Shown: positions 50,708-64,000 of the stretch, in pieces
How positions within the stretch are numbered: the first letter of the stretch is position 1
How the letters are laid out: every line of letters begins with the position of its first letter
Assembly (NCBI GenBank): GCA_963924565.1
Contig: OZ004608.1
Location: 29,946,001 to 30,010,000 of the forward strand
DNA: 64,000 nt
Direction of reading: 5' to 3'
Source of the DNA: Ascidiella aspersa
Taxonomy: Eukaryota
Translations under genes and position numbers: made by a program
Notes under the pieces: generated by a model
What the model saw: only the letters and a program-made list of their open reading frames with translations
Told to the model about the DNA's origin: nothing
The model's database searches: none

Positions 50708-51533
50708 ATCTAGTGGGAAAGTGAGAGATGCGAAACAGTTCCTCCACTGTAAAAAAGGCGTGATCAAGAAAATGTGGCAAGCGTACGCCGTGAGATTACG
50801 TGTCGCACGATTTTGAAAACTTGGACATACATTTAGTTACGCAGGAAGCCCAATTGTCAGCCCGCGAATAAATTAAACAAAGATCCGAAAAGCAATGGGA
50901 TGTTGAAAATGCAAAATCGTCAAGCGGGAATAACCGAAACATATGCTTTACAAAAGACTTTTAAGTCGAAGCATCATCGATAGCATTTTTCTCGAAATTT
51001 TATTGTTACGAACAATAAAGTCTATATAGGTCATTAGGTATATCAGAAACGGAGACCAAATTTATTGTATAACTATATTCCTAGTAGTTTCCATATCGAC
51101 TAACCTAACTTGTCTAACAATTTCCAGGCGACACAGTGGTACACGGCGGATTGAGATAAATAACTCAATTTCGTGATAAATAACTCAATTATAAAAATAA
51201 AACAAAATTCAACTCAAATTATTTGTTCAACAGACTTGAGTCAAGTAATTTAAAAACAATGACCTAAGAGTAACTAAGTCAAGTAAAAGGTTTAAACAGT
51301 GTAAATTAATATCCTATATGTATTTTTATAATGCGTTTTAAGCGACCATGCAAAGCTGTCATATTTAAATCGTAAAACATTGGATATCAACTAATTAAAC
51401 CTATTGCGTTCTATTATGTAACTCTATACAAAAATAACTTAAACTTAACTGGCAATCGCGAATAAAACAAAGCCTGTATTCCGAGTGGCATGAGCAAAAA
51501 ACGGTCGGGCATAATGGTAACATAGCGGAATGA

Positions 51534-53141
51534 TCACACAGCAGTAGACAATATCTCGACGTGCATCGCCTCCATTTCTTCAACAGCGTCGGGCAAAGCT
51601 AAACGCAGGTCAATCGCGTCGCCGGCGTTTTCCTCCTGAATCCCGTCGGGAGAGAGCGCCTTTTCCTGACAGCATGCGAACTTGTCCAGCAGCGTTGAAT
51701 GGACCAGCGCGTTTGCTGCACTGCTCAGAGGCAGCAGGCTTCCTGCCAGCAGGGCGTAGTCTTCGGAGCTAAGTCGAAAAGCGCCGCCAACTGCTGGCAA
51801 GCAGATACAGGAGACCGGCGCCCAGCAGCAGAGGCGTACAAGTGTCATGAGTGAGGAGCGGCGCAGCATGCGAGCGTTAGGATGTCGGCGTTGGGTCAAG
51901 AGGCTTTTGTAGGCGAGAAGGCATGAAGCGGCCGCGTAGGACAAGAGGAGAAAGTTAACTGCCAGGATTGCGGCAGCGTACTGTTGCTGGCCTGTGTCTG
52001 AAGACGCAGCCAAGTTTGGCAAGCAAACGCTTGTAGTGCCGTAGTAGCCCAGGTTGCAGCTTAACGTTCGATCGGGTAAGACAGCCGCAATGAACTGCTC
52101 CGCTTCCGACCGGCCCATATTGGCGCACTTTGCTAGCTGAGCGGCGCGCTCCGCCAGTTTGAGCTTCATTGTTGACTCGGCAGCGAAGTAAAGGCGATGG
52201 GAAGAGACGTGAGACAGCACGCGTCCGCTGAAGTCGTACTGCAGAGGCAGTAAAGCCAGATAAAGCGCTAATAGCCAAGCGCACGCGCAAGAAAGCATCA
52301 CGATTTTCGCATTCGGTTTCTTCGCTGGATGCCGGAAAACGACGTGAAGCCACAGCGATGACATTATGGCCATTATGAAAATACCCGCCTCACTGGACAG
52401 AGTAAAAATCACTCCCGAGACCTTGCAAACGTCAATGGCTTGTACAAGGTGATCGAAGTCCGCGTTGAAGTCCAACAGCTCCCAGTAGAACCTCACCCCG
52501 AACAGGTACACTCCGTTTAGGCAGTCGGCTGTCGACAAACTGAGAAAGAGCAGGTTCAAGCAGCGAGTCAGCCCACTTGCTTTTCTGTCGCACCAGTAGA
52601 CCTTGGCAACCGTCAAAGACACAGCTAGGTTGCCGAAAAAGGCAACGTAGCACACGGCCCACAGCACGGTTTGAAACCAGGGCGGTGGAGCCACGAGCTG
52701 CCGCCTTAAATTTCTAAAGTCAACCTCTCTGTCCGTGCAAAAATCATCACAGGATGTGATTTTGTCGCAAAAGCTATCGCTATGTTTGGTTTGGCTGTCA
52801 TTGGGGCTGTCGTGCAGTAAGGGGCAAAGTTCCGCCTCATCTAAAACCATCCCGTCGTTCGCGCCAAGGCAAATCCATTCGCAAGGCGACAGGTTGATCT
52901 TGCCCGTCAGACCGCATATCTTTCGGATTGGTTCGCATTCCCATTCGCGTTCCGAAATCCATTTTTCGCTTCGGTTAATTTGCCTTTGCCAAGTTCGGTT
53001 GCACGCCAGTTCTATTATTTGCTCAGTTAGGTTAACCGAATAGTGACACCCCTTGTTGGCAGCCACGCACACTAAGGGCAGCATCAGCACAACAGCTAAA
53101 TCAAACAGCATACCTGTTGCATTTAGATACTTCGGCATCAT
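51534..53141 (-). CDS. Intronless class A GPCR related to the relaxin-receptor/LGR (RXFP, GRL101-like) 7TM group, 535 aa
   Basis: Single ORF with a signal-peptide-like N-terminus, a Cys-rich ectodomain and seven hydrophobic segments. Motifs: GNLAV (TM1), LSLSTADCLNGVYL (TM2), CKVSGVIFTLSSE (TM3), YYGTTSVCLP (ECL2), CCWAP (TM6), LLPLSSAAN (TM7). Confidence 0.8.
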   Translation of the reverse strand: MMPKYLNATGMLFDLAVVLMLPLVCVAANKGCHYSVNLTEQIIELACNRTWQRQINRSEKWISEREWECEPIRKICGLTGKINLSPCEWICLGANDGMVLDEAELCPLLHDSPNDSQTKHSDSFCDKITSCDDFCTDREVDFRNLRRQLVAPPPWFQTVLWAVCYVAFFGNLAVSLTVAKVYWCDRKASGLTRCLNLLFLSLSTADCLNGVYLFGVRFYWELLDFNADFDHLVQAIDVCKVSGVIFTLSSEAGIFIMAIMSSLWLHVVFRHPAKKPNAKIVMLSCACAWLLALYLALLPLQYDFSGRVLSHVSSHRLYFAAESTMKLKLAERAAQLAKCANMGRSEAEQFIAAVLPDRTLSCNLGYYGTTSVCLPNLAASSDTGQQQYAAAILAVNFLLLSYAAASCLLAYKSLLTQRRHPNARMLRRSSLMTLVRLCCWAPVSCICLPAVGGAFRLSSEDYALLAGSLLPLSSAANALVHSTLLDKFACCQEKALSPDGIQEENAGDAIDLRLALPDAVEEMEAMHVEILSTAV

Positions 53142-54313
53142 GATGCCTTGGGTCTCGAAAGACTACCCTTTCTTAATTTCTCGAAGGATTTACCTTGACA
53201 CTTTGAGCACAAATTATATCTAGCATATACATTCAGTTATGCACTTGAGCTTAAAAATCGACTTTAGAAACACAATCCAGGTTAACATTAACTATATGAA
53301 TTTTAAATTTAAAGTCAACAAGTCGTGCTTTTCCGGTGTACGAAAAGTTGCAGAGGCTTAAAAACACCACCTGTTCTTGCTGAAAAGATTACTGTGTGTT
53401 GCACCGTGATTAAAACGTATTGTATACAATGGAGCTATAGATGCAGGCCTACGTCATTTTATACGGGATCAACAACAATCGACTCGCGGAACCGCAAGTA
53501 TGGAAATATAGGAAATGCTAGTCATGGCATTATTTCTTCTGTGCCGTTTGCAACAGCCTTTCAATTCGGGATTTTTATAACACACTTTGTTAAAATTCTA
53601 TACTTTTTTCACCAAATACGCAAAGCGACGCTTGTGCTATACGTATGGTTACGATGTGTGCATTCTGAAGTAGCGTGTTCAAAGAAATGAAAGTTCTTTG
53701 CAGACTTTGCGTCGTCAATCATTTTAACCGCGGGGCTGCATTGAATGGATTCCATTAAGATAAACCTTATGAAATATATCTAAAAAACGGATGTTATTCC
53801 AATGGCTAATAATTACTAAATAGATGTTATTGTTAGCACCATATTCGGGCAATGTATTTTCCACTTTTTTTTATTAAAATGCTATTTTTTCATTACAATG
53901 CCATATTTTCTCTGAAAAAACATTTATGCTGCAAAATTAACATGTAATGCAGGTTACGATTTGCCCACTCGGACATCGAAACATTGTGATCAATACCAAG
54001 CACGTATACAGCTACACAATATAAAGCAAGGATCTTAAGCCTAAATTTTTGGCGAGCAAATGAAAAACATGCAAATTATCCAAGTACATCTTGGGTAGAC
54101 CAAGACCTAGGGGTGGATCCAGGATTTTTGTTTGGGATTGGGTTGGCGGCATAATTTTTCAGATTTAATGTCACAATTTGTTATCTTAAAATCGTGATGT
54201 TGTCAAACAAACTGGTGTCGAATGTTTCAACTGAAGTTAGGTTTGGGTTGAGGGCATTAGGCCATTCATCTGGGCTTTGCGCATATGGATAAATGTCTGT
54301 GTGATATCGCTAT

Positions 54314-54575
54314 CAGGACTGTTGAGTCGGTTGAAAACAACCTAAGTCCGACTTTTGCCGATAAAATAAAAGTCGAGTCCGACTCAACTTTGCTGATTTT
54401 TTCGAGTGTCTAGGTGGACTCTGATATATCCCGCATCCAACACGTTTATGTCCTAATTAAAATACGGTTGATATACAGTAATCCACTCACAGGAGTGTCA
54501 TATAACTGATCCATCCGGGATTTCACTTTCCGGGATTATATTTTACTTTTACAGTTAACAGTTTGCGGCCTTATC
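54314..54575. mobile_element. Decayed MITE of the CAGG..GAGTCGG family
   Basis: Starts CAGGACTGTTGAGTCGG. Shares GAGTCCGACTC and GGAGTGTCATATAACT.ATCCA with 27909-28294. Confidence 0.5.
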
Positions 54576-55869
54576 GGTCAATGGTCCTCACAATACGTTT
54601 GCCCAAATTACCTTGAAAAATGCTAATGTATCTAGTAATGTGCTAATAATTATGATGTAAAAAGCCCTCATGTTTTCTTGTCAATTTAATTTTTTGTCAA
54701 ATTTAAAATAAACGCAACGCAGATATCACCATAGTGTAGGATAAGTAGAGATACCACCATCTGTTACCGGTCCGATTGTATCTATACGCAGTACCTCAAG
54801 CACATTTTAGATTGCCTCCAAAATTCGAATTTTGGGTAATAGACGTGTTGCGTTTTTTATAGTCCTTGAAATTCGATAATTTGAACTTGATTTTGTAAAA
54901 TTAAACGGCATATAAACCAGAGTTTGAAATACTCATTTTGCTTTGTGACGCAGCATTATCGGTGACGACCAGAAAAAGCGGTGTGCTAAATAATAAAACC
55001 AAACAGTATTTGCATTGTTATGCTGACACTTATCTGCCAATGATTTTTTAATTTGTCCAATAGTCTAGCATTTTAGCCTACAAAGACATGTTGCAGCAGT
55101 TTAGCAAATAGTATAACATTTGCTTAGTCATGGTTGTCTGCTAAAGTGTTTCAGTGCTTGTATTTAAGATAAACTCAAGAGATTTAATATGCACATAAAA
55201 AGGATGTCTTTAAATTAATAGTTTTTCTTGAGAAACTCTACACTGTGCTTGCATGTTAGATTACGTTATCAATAAAACTCAGTTGGACGCTGGACTACAG
55301 TTCTACAACATTTATTTTAAAGCTAACGAAAGTACGAAACGAGGTGACAAAGTTGAAATTGCAAGCCTTGCAAGGAAGGTGTAATTGCGTAAATGTTGAA
55401 TACTTGACCCACCCAAACCCAAATTCTCATACCTAACCCAAATATTGTTAGAAATATAAACCCACGGACACGGCCACGGACAAAATGTTGTAGGATTCTA
55501 GACCACCGCCATCAAAGTATAATTGCGTTTTGATGCTTTAGCAAATAAGTTGTTTAAGCGGGTTGAAAGTTTTTGCGGCTGTCATAACTTTAATTATGAA
55601 ATTTGCACCTCTTCAAAGGTGTCACTACCTAAAACTGCAAGCACAACTTATTTTTTTCTTGGTTGCTCGGTAAAGTTTGCGTTGCTGAAGGAATTTCACG
55701 GCCATTTTCCAGGAAATGCAATTTTTCCAATCTGCAAATCTATTATGTAGATCTTCTGTTTTGAATAACGTACATAGGAAAGTAGCGATAAAAATGCCTA
55801 TTTTTACCATTTAGGAAATTTATTTTATTACACTTATTTCATTAGGAGGATTTTGTAGACCTTTTTAAA

Positions 55870-58800
55870 ATGGGTGAATTGCGATATGATGGAAAAGTTG
55901 TCTTGGTAACAGGATCTGGTGCAGGTTAGTTGTTAATGTAAAAAGTCAAACTCCATTATAACATGTGGTCAAAATTTTTTAGTTGTGCTGTTTTACTGAA
56001 TAATGTATTTAACTTGTGTTTTACAGGGCTCGGAAAAGTCTATGCTCTAGAATTTGCAAGGCGAGGTGCATTTGTTGTAGGTAAGTGCAGACATTTCAAC
56101 AAAATGTGTATTTTGTTGACACTTACAATTAATTGTGTCATTTAATTTAAAATATATATGAATTTCTAGTCACAAGGGAGGTCTCTTAAAGCCCTATTAC
56201 ATTTTAGTCTCTTTCTGCCAACTTAGATCTTTCGACTGAAATGCTTGCCCAAAACCCAGCTAATAAAGTAAAAAAAAAAATAGCCCGCTTAGGAGTATAT
56301 TTATCCAAGAATTTAGACATAGGATTTCGGTAAAAATATTTTTTTTTTGCATGAACATTTGGCGTCCACAAATTATGGAATTCAGTAGGGTCTTAAAGTC
56401 ATAATGAAAACCAAAAAATTAAATTTCCGTGATGAATAATAAAATATTTATATGCCCATGGATGAAGACTGAAACGTCACCCCCGAAGGGTAGTGGGTCA
56501 TGGTTGAGAAACCCTGGATATGTGTATTTGCAACATGTATTATTAATTTCTTCTTAATAAATAACATAAAAATTAGGATATATATTTATATATTATACCT
56601 GGCCTAGTTAAAACATGTTTTTACAATAGAAGTTGTTTTTATTTTAAGTCAATGACCTTGGTTCCACACCTGGAGGCGTAGGTGAATCATCCAAAGTTGC
56701 TGACAAAGTTGTGGAAGAAATCAGAGCGGCTGGTGGAAAAGCAGTGGCCAATTATGGTTTGTACAATTTCTTACAATATTGTAAAATAAAATGAGGAATC
56801 TATTCTTTTTGCCATACTTTTTTTAGAATCTCATTTCAGCTACTAGATAAAATTGTGGTTTAGCCAAGCATAAATAATACAAATTAAACATAAATCCAAA
56901 GTGTTACATCTGTAAAAATTGCTTTTACTATTTTGGGTGTTTAGATTGTTCTATTACTATAATTATTTGGTTTTTTTTTGTATAGATTCAGTGGAATTTG
57001 GAGAAAAGCTGGTCCAAACCGCTTTGGACAACTTTGGAAAAATTGGTGAGACAGTTTCTTTTTCTGAAAATCACCTGATATACAATATAGAATAAGTTTT
57101 GTTTTGGGGTTGGTAAAATATATGTAAACAAAAGATATTGTATATAAACATTTGAGTTGTGATTTGTATAATGTTGATTTGTTATGATTTTTGTTGTGCG
57201 CTAGTTATAGTTGCAAATGCATGATACCTTGCTGGGAAGGGTATTATGCATTTGTTTGAAAGTAGTTATCAACATCAGGTTTAAATCATTGTTAAGCAAC
57301 CACTATATTTTTGGCCATAGTTTTCTTGACAAAATGATAAATGTTGTATGGTTACACTAAAAGTGCATTGTGTAGAGCCTCTATAAAACAAAATAATTAT
57401 GAAATGACTACCAGGACCGTTTTCAGTATACATAACATTGTTTTATATATATTTCAGATATTGTGATCAACAATGCTGGGTAAGCCATGCTGCGTTCTTT
57501 ATTAGCAGAGTGACCTTTGAACGCTATTTAAGCTGCATGTTGTATTACCAACACTAGTTAACCATTAACTGGTGACATTTTATAGGATGTATCAGGCATT
57601 TTTAATGTCACCTTTTTGCTTCCAAGTATTTCCTCTGTTATCACAATGTTGCTGCAAAAATATAAGGCATTGCATATCATAGAAATGCAGCTTCACTATT
57701 ATTCTTATATTGGCTACAAATCTAGTTTCTTGTTTAAGACATATATTTCAACATTGTTTTAATCTATAAACAGCGCATTTGATTTAGTTATTATCTGCTA
57801 TGGATATTGGATATACCTTTGCAGGTTTCTCAACACTTATGAATTACATATTTGATGAAAACAATTGTTGAAAAATTAATACAAATTTAGTCTAAAAAAC
57901 TAATATACCTATTGCTGATAAATATTAAATTGATTTATCATACTTGCTACCAGTAGTAGGCATGTAAATACAATCGTCTGATTTCCCTTAAAGAATCTTA
58001 AGAGACCGCTCTTTCAATCGGATGACTGAAGCAGAATGGGATCTGATCATTAAAATCCACCTTAAGGGAAGCTTCTCTGTGACGAAAGCTGCTTGGGATC
58101 ACATGAAGAAGCAGGGTTTTGGCAGGATCATAATGACTTCTTCACCTTCTGGTATCTACGGCAACTATGGCCAGTCAAATTACAGTGCTGGTAAGTATAT
58201 TATGCAATCTTTGACAATAAACATTTCCACACGGTAACTGACAGTGCCGTTTTTGCTTTTTAAGATCATTTTTTTAATAATTTTTTTCTTTATTTTTATA
58301 AAAGCTTGTATTTTTTTGGCACACAAGCTTTTATATTTTATAAAAAAAATATTATTTGACCACTTAAATTTTCCAATTATTATCTTTCTCAATCAGTTTT
58401 TCGAAAAAAAAATATTTCAACCAGCCTTTGTCTGACAGATATGTATTTATTTATTCTAAAATATTTTTTACCTTGTCTCTGTGTTACCACAGCTAAAATG
58501 GGTCTTGTCGGATTCGCCAATACTCTTGCATTGGAAGGCAAAAAGTATGGAATTTTTGTCAACACCATTGCACCCACAGCGTGGACCAGGCTAACAGAAA
58601 ATCTAATGCCGCCAGGTAACTGATTAAGTTTATTTCTTTCAATCAAGGAATGAAGGATTTATTCACTAAGCGAACGCAACATTCAAGAATCTAGTTTAAT
58701 TTTTCTCTATTCCACCGGAACACAAACGTTAACCAGGGGCTATATTCTTTGAGGCCATTAACTTAGAAATTGTGCGATGTTAAAATTCTATTCAAACTAA

Positions 58801-61800
58801 AAATCTTGATGCTAACAGTTAACAAAATTTTCTTAAACAAATTTAGACACATTTAATTGGTTTTTCAAAGCGTCAGCGTTATAATTAAACATGTCTGGAA
58901 ACGATTAAGGCCAGTCATTTGATCTCTCTTTTTAAACAATATTGCTATGTTGTATGTCTCACTGGCTATATTTCTGTTACAATTGTTAAAATGGTAGTGT
59001 ACATCAGTCGTGTTTTTGTGATACAGATTCGGAAAAGGAGATGAAGCCAGATTTCATCATGCCGTTGGTCGTGTACTTGTGTCACGATTCCTGTACAGAA
59101 ACAGGTATGTTTGTTATCAGTTTACACTGATTTAACCTGTTACATTGCACTTAGAACCCAAAAGAGTTTAAATCCATGTCTGCTGAATCGAAGTAGGCCA
59201 TTTTTACTGTTTCGTTTGGGGTAGTGTCGAATCCGAGAAAGTTTACAACCTTGTTATATATATATAAATATATACATATATAAGCATTTAAAAGCACAAT
59301 CAAACGCTATTTTTCAACAATCCCTGACTATATTTCCGATAGTCTTGACACGGCATTGCATATGCGCATTCCGTTACCCCGCTCGGAGCGTTTTAACACG
59401 GGTTATAGGTGAACTTACAATTTAAAAACTTTCTTAAAAGCCTTTATTTGCCAATGACTCTTAACAAAACAGTCGTCGACCAGCTTGGTTTGCATCGTAA
59501 TATGAGTGGCGTCGTCTAGCAGCGAAAAACAGCTTATTTTATTTCCGCTAGGCGGCGTGTTTGAGGTCGCCGGTGGCCTGGTTTGCAAGCTGAGGTGGCA
59601 GCGAACGAAGGGTGCCGTCTTGCGGGAGCTTGGTAAGCCCATGAGGCCCGAAGATATAAAGGACAATTGGACCGCGGTGACCGACTGGAACCAGGCCGAG
59701 GCCTGTCAGGTCAGTCTCAATAAGCATGCTAACCCAGTCGAATTTTTATTTAACTGTTTTTTTATTCAACTTGCCCGATTTGCTCCTTGAAATATTGGAG
59801 GTTCCTATATAGAAAATATGAGAAATCCCGGTACATAGCAAACTGAATGTGTAAAATATGAAGATATCTCCTCGCCTTTACACGTATTTGACGAGAATGA
59901 CTTCAAATAGAAGAAATAGACTTTTCTGTCTTGTCATAGTGTCAGTCATTAATAAGTTCCACTGTTTGTATTTCATGCTCAGGCTTAGAGGGATATCTTA
60001 TCGTAATAATAGCAAATTGTGACCAAGAAAGGAAAATTAAATTTCGGTACATTAAGTACTCTAACAATGAGGTCAGTACTTATACCAACTACTTACTGAA
60101 CCTGTGTGTGAAGTTTACCGTGGGTCGCATCAGTTCTTATCGTTACCTCTTTCGATTAGGCTAATGCGGTTTTTATAATGCGTAGAACCAATAGTGCTAT
60201 TATTTGTTTTTCAAATCGTGTCACTGCTGTGGTTAATTTACAGTGTTTACTGTTATCAGCCTTAAATTTGTTTCTTTAACGTTTTGCGATGCCAGGTTAG
60301 TCACATTGTTTACGAGAGTAAATTCGTCAACTTCCTCAATCAAGTATAATTTGCTACAAAACTAGTTTCGTGTTTAAGACGTATATCACAGTTCCTGTTT
60401 TAATCAGGAAACGTTTTTGCATGTTGCCAAAACATTACATGCTACAAAACCGGAACACCACACAGTTTGAGAATCACTTTTTCAACTTCTTTGACGTAAT
60501 ATTACTCTGCCGTAGTTGCAGTAGTGGCCTATGTTTAAGTACATAAGAGACAGTTTCGGCTACTCAAAACACCCTAGTAAAAAACACTGCACCGTTACAA
60601 AACGGGAGTAATACAAATGGTTAAAGGACCCAGCCATAAGTTTGAAATAAGAAAAATCCCATAGTCAAAATTAAACACAGGGATAAGAGCAAAATAGGAC
60701 TACAGTTATTATGGCCATTTAGGCCTTATTCCGATGAATTTTGGGCTTCCAGTGAGTTTATGTCTTACTCAGACGATCTAGATCTTATTCTTTGGTGGTT
60801 ATTACTGTGTATTTCGCTTAATTATGTCGTTGGTCTTAATACTATGGTATTATAGTTTATTCAGCTTAGATATGGTTGCTGTGTAGGCCTCGTTGTGTGT
60901 TTCCGATGTTAACCCCCACCCCCTTGCATAGACCATAGGCGAGGCGACCATGAAGGCGGGCGAGGCGATCGGACGCGTTCAGAGCGGTGACCACGACCTA
61001 TCCTCGTGCCACGCGATCCGACCAAACGTCGCCAAGAAGCACGTCTTTGCGCCCATCACCACGCGACATGACCCCTACTCTATCATCCTCTATGCGCTCG
61101 GAGGTGGGTTTGGCGCTTGTCGCGTGCTTTGCGATGTCGCATGTCGCGTGCTTTGCGATGTCGCTTGACGCGTGCTCTGCGATGTCGCGTGTTCTGCGAT
61201 GTCGCTTGACGAGTGCTCTGCGATGTCGCGTGTTCTGCGATGTCGCTTGACGCGTGTTCTGCGATGTCGCTTGACGCGTGCTCTGCGTTGTCACTTTTTG
61301 GATGCTCTGCGATATCGCTTGTCTCGTTTCTGCGATGTCGCTTTGTTAGTCTGCTCTAGAATCTAGATAAACTGTTTTTTAATTGCACGTCATTTTGCTT
61401 ACGATACTCGTTTAAACCCGATTCTCGGTCGAGTCAAATATCTGAACCATTCAAACCTTTACTAGATTCTCTATCTCGTCGAATTGCATTTCGGATTGTT
61501 TCCCGATTGGAATGCTGCCCGAAACCACGCCAGTTACGTAATTTGGCGTAAAACTATCTCCGTGTTACATTAAAAAATAGCCTTTCTGGCGCAGGATTTC
61601 GAGAGAAATATTTTATTAGGAGTCGTTAGCGGTCACAAATTATGGAATGCAGTCGGGCATATCTTTATTTTTATCGGCGTGTTACCTAAAAAAATAGCGT
61701 TTCTGGCGCAGAATATCTGGCGTAGGATTTCGGAAGAAAAACAAGTTGGCAGGAATCATTGGCGCTTACAATTGTAATTCTGTCAAGCATCTCGTTATCT

Positions 61801-64000
61801 TTATACTTTGTTGTAGTTGGATCCTCCACGACCCAAAAGGATCATCTCAAGTTTCTCTTCGAATCAAACGAGAACTTCTGCGCCCTGCCCTCGTTCGGGG
61901 TGGTTCCCCCCTTCGAGAGCCTGAACCAGATCGCGTCGGTCGAGGGTCTCGACATTAACCCCACTCAGGTGGGTCAAACTCGGGGAATTCCCTCGGCGAA
62001 TTTTACGGCAACGCGATCGCTAATGATAGGTTATGATATAGTGAAACTCGGCAAACTATTAAAAGTGTCGCTCTTAACGTTGTTATACCCTTTTAAGGGT
62101 TTCGTGCCTCTGTGACGTAATTGCGATCGGTTGGTGAGATGTGAAGTCAAATTTTTTTAAACTGCTTTCGCAAATTTGCGTTTCATCCCATTTCACCATA
62201 GTCCGAGCATTCGCTCAAAATTGCCCAAAATGTGTAGCTTCACAGTATAAATGGTTAAAGCACCATTTTTTTAATGAAGTGAATCAAGATTCCAAAGCGC
62301 TGTATAGGCCAATTCGTGGTCCACGGTAGAGGCGAGAAATTTACAAGTAAAAATTTTCCCAAAATACAAGTAAATTTCCGAAATCTGTTTTTTACGAGTC
62401 CAAATACATTCAGTGTTATGACGTGTTATTTTTAATGTAACTGTTTTCTTAAATTGATTACTTCTTAAATATACACTAATATTTCAATTAGGCCTTCATG
62501 GACCCCCTGAAACTAGTTCACGGACCCCCAAGGGGTCCATGGACCCCAGTTTAAGAACCCCTGGTATGGGGTATCGACAAATAAAACCTGTGTGTGCTTT
62601 TTTATCGACCAGATCTTGCACGGCGAGCAATACCTGGAGATTTGCAAGCCGATCCCCACAGAGGGAAAGATGACCAGTCATCCAAAGCTGGTGGATGTTC
62701 TCGACAAGGGATCGGGATGCGCTCTTATTATGAACGGTAACGAAACGTCTTCCTTTTATTTAAACATTAGGGTGTGTCTTTTTGAGTCCAAAACCATCGG
62801 CGGCAGGTTTTAGCCAGTCGATCACTGCTCCGCTGACGCGTATATTAACAAGTAAAACTCATAGTTGAAAACATGAGTAAAAACAGGATCAGACGTTTTT
62901 TTTAGAAGGAAAATATATTTCGCCAAGTGGCATCGTTAATTCTTGTAAGAGTACAAATAAATAAAATAAGAGCGCAGCCATCAACAGACCACTAATGTAT
63001 TTGTACTCTGGCTTACTGATGGCTATTGGTGGCTCAGCTACTGGTGGCTTCAAAAGAAAAATTCCGTTTGAGATTCAATTGGTATTTTTTTTTCAGTCGA
63101 CACTTTCGACGAATCGGGCGAGAAAGTCTTCTTCAACCAGTTCGTGACGTTTGTGGTCGGCGCTGGAGGATTCCGCGGAAAACGGAACTCGGACGAACTC
63201 AAGGTAAACACTTACAAAGGTGCATCACTGACATCAGTTTAGTGTTAGGTTGTTGATGTAAACCAGTGTTTCTTAACCTTTTTTACTTGTGGGCGCACCT
63301 AGAGACGTATGAAAAACGTGGGGGCGCACCTTACGAGTGAAGCGAGCGCGAAATTTTTGAGGTGTACCGATATTTCTCTCAAATTGCCTGCATTTTTTAT
63401 TATATGGGTTTTACAGTTGCATATCTTTAAAGGGACTTAGAGCCTTTGGGACTAAAAACGCTATGTTGTCCATTAAAGTCTTATTCCGATTAATTTTGGA
63501 CTTATTTCGACATGCTTTCTCCCTTCGCTCGCGGCGCATCTAGCAGCCTTCCATGGCGCACCAGTGCGCCGCGGCGCACCGGCTGATAAACAAATTGATA
63601 TATTTGCAGATATGATGGATTTAAGATTACCGAAGTGCCATACCTGTGCAGAAAGGCTGAATAAATTCGCAGAACGCTTAATGTAATTTAATTTTAAGCA
63701 ATTAGTTTTTAATTTTACAAGCTGGCAACTTAGGTCTTTATAGGCCTTCTTTTAAACTTGTATTGCAGACCGTGCCTTGAAATTATTTACTTCCATGAAA
63801 AACAAAATCAGTTTGACGGGCACGACCGCAGAAATGTAAAATTAATCCCAAAACTAGCATGTCTCGTATAACAAGCTTTCAAAATGTTTACCTATAATAC
63901 CACAAAAATCTTGGTTAGCCGGCAATTGCGTAGAAGTATCGAAAAAATACCAAACTTTAAATTTTTACAGCCCCACGCTGCGCCGCCAAAGCGCAAACCC
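55870..64000 (+). CDS. HSD17B4: Peroxisomal multifunctional enzyme type 2 (17-beta-HSD4), 5' part, running off the window. Exons 55870-55924, 56027-56080, 56649-56756, 56986-57045, 57458-57479, 57994-58190, 58493-58615, 59027-59104, 59552-59709, 60932-61103, 61817-61968, 62613-62736, 63097-63203, 63971->64000
   Basis: Reads [40 protein letters not shown], then NNAGILRD and NYSAAK (SDR YxxxK). The hydratase-2 domain follows with [28 protein letters not shown] and GAGGF. Confidence 0.95.
61118..61342. repeat. CpG-rich minisatellite with 18- and 25-bp units
   Basis: GCGATGTCGC is repeated with variable TTGACGCGTG(C/T)TCT linkers, starting ~15 nt after the exon donor at 61104. Confidence 0.9.
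62497..62563. mobile_element. hAT MITE 3' end fragment
   Basis: CATGGACCCC..GGGGTCCATGGACCCCAGTTTAAGAACCCCTG is homologous to 50661-50707. Confidence 0.6.
63264..63598. mobile_element. hAT-like MITE with GGCGCACC subrepeats
   Basis: The left TIR is CAGTGTTTCTTAACCT. The right end GGCGCACCAGTGCGCCGCGGCGCACCGGCTGATAAACA is degenerate. Confidence 0.55.

Noticed and set aside
60987-61366. Overlapping Cys/Arg-rich ORFs
   Set aside because: They are read-through from an HSD17B4 exon into a minisatellite.

Overview
This is AT-rich, intron-dense animal genomic DNA with GT-AG introns. The style suggests an invertebrate deuterostome such as a tunicate, but the taxon is inferred, not shown. From left to right the window holds: (1) the 3' eight coding exons of a Nuclear Factor I (NFI/CTF) gene on +; (2) a complete 17-exon DEPDC1/DEPDC1B-like gene on - with a ~530-aa insert in its RhoGAP-like domain; (3) a head-to-head inverted pair of 15-exon glycogen branching enzyme (GBE1, GH13_8)-like genes; (4) an intronless, degenerate RXFP/LGR-type GPCR on -; (5) the 5' part of HSD17B4 (peroxisomal MFE-2) on +. 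Introns carry hAT-type MITEs (several with 8-bp TSDs), a tRNA-containing retroposon family, a 122-bp tandem array and minisatellites. The main finding is the GBE-like pair. Both copies have intact frames, splice sites and TATA promoters. Yet all three GH13 catalytic carboxylates (human D357, E412, D481) and both pocket histidines are replaced (D>N, E>Q, D>Q/I, H>E, H>R). They look like a conserved, duplicated pseudoenzyme rather than enzymes or pseudogenes. All gene models and comparisons were made by hand, and reference protein sequences and numbering were recalled from memory.
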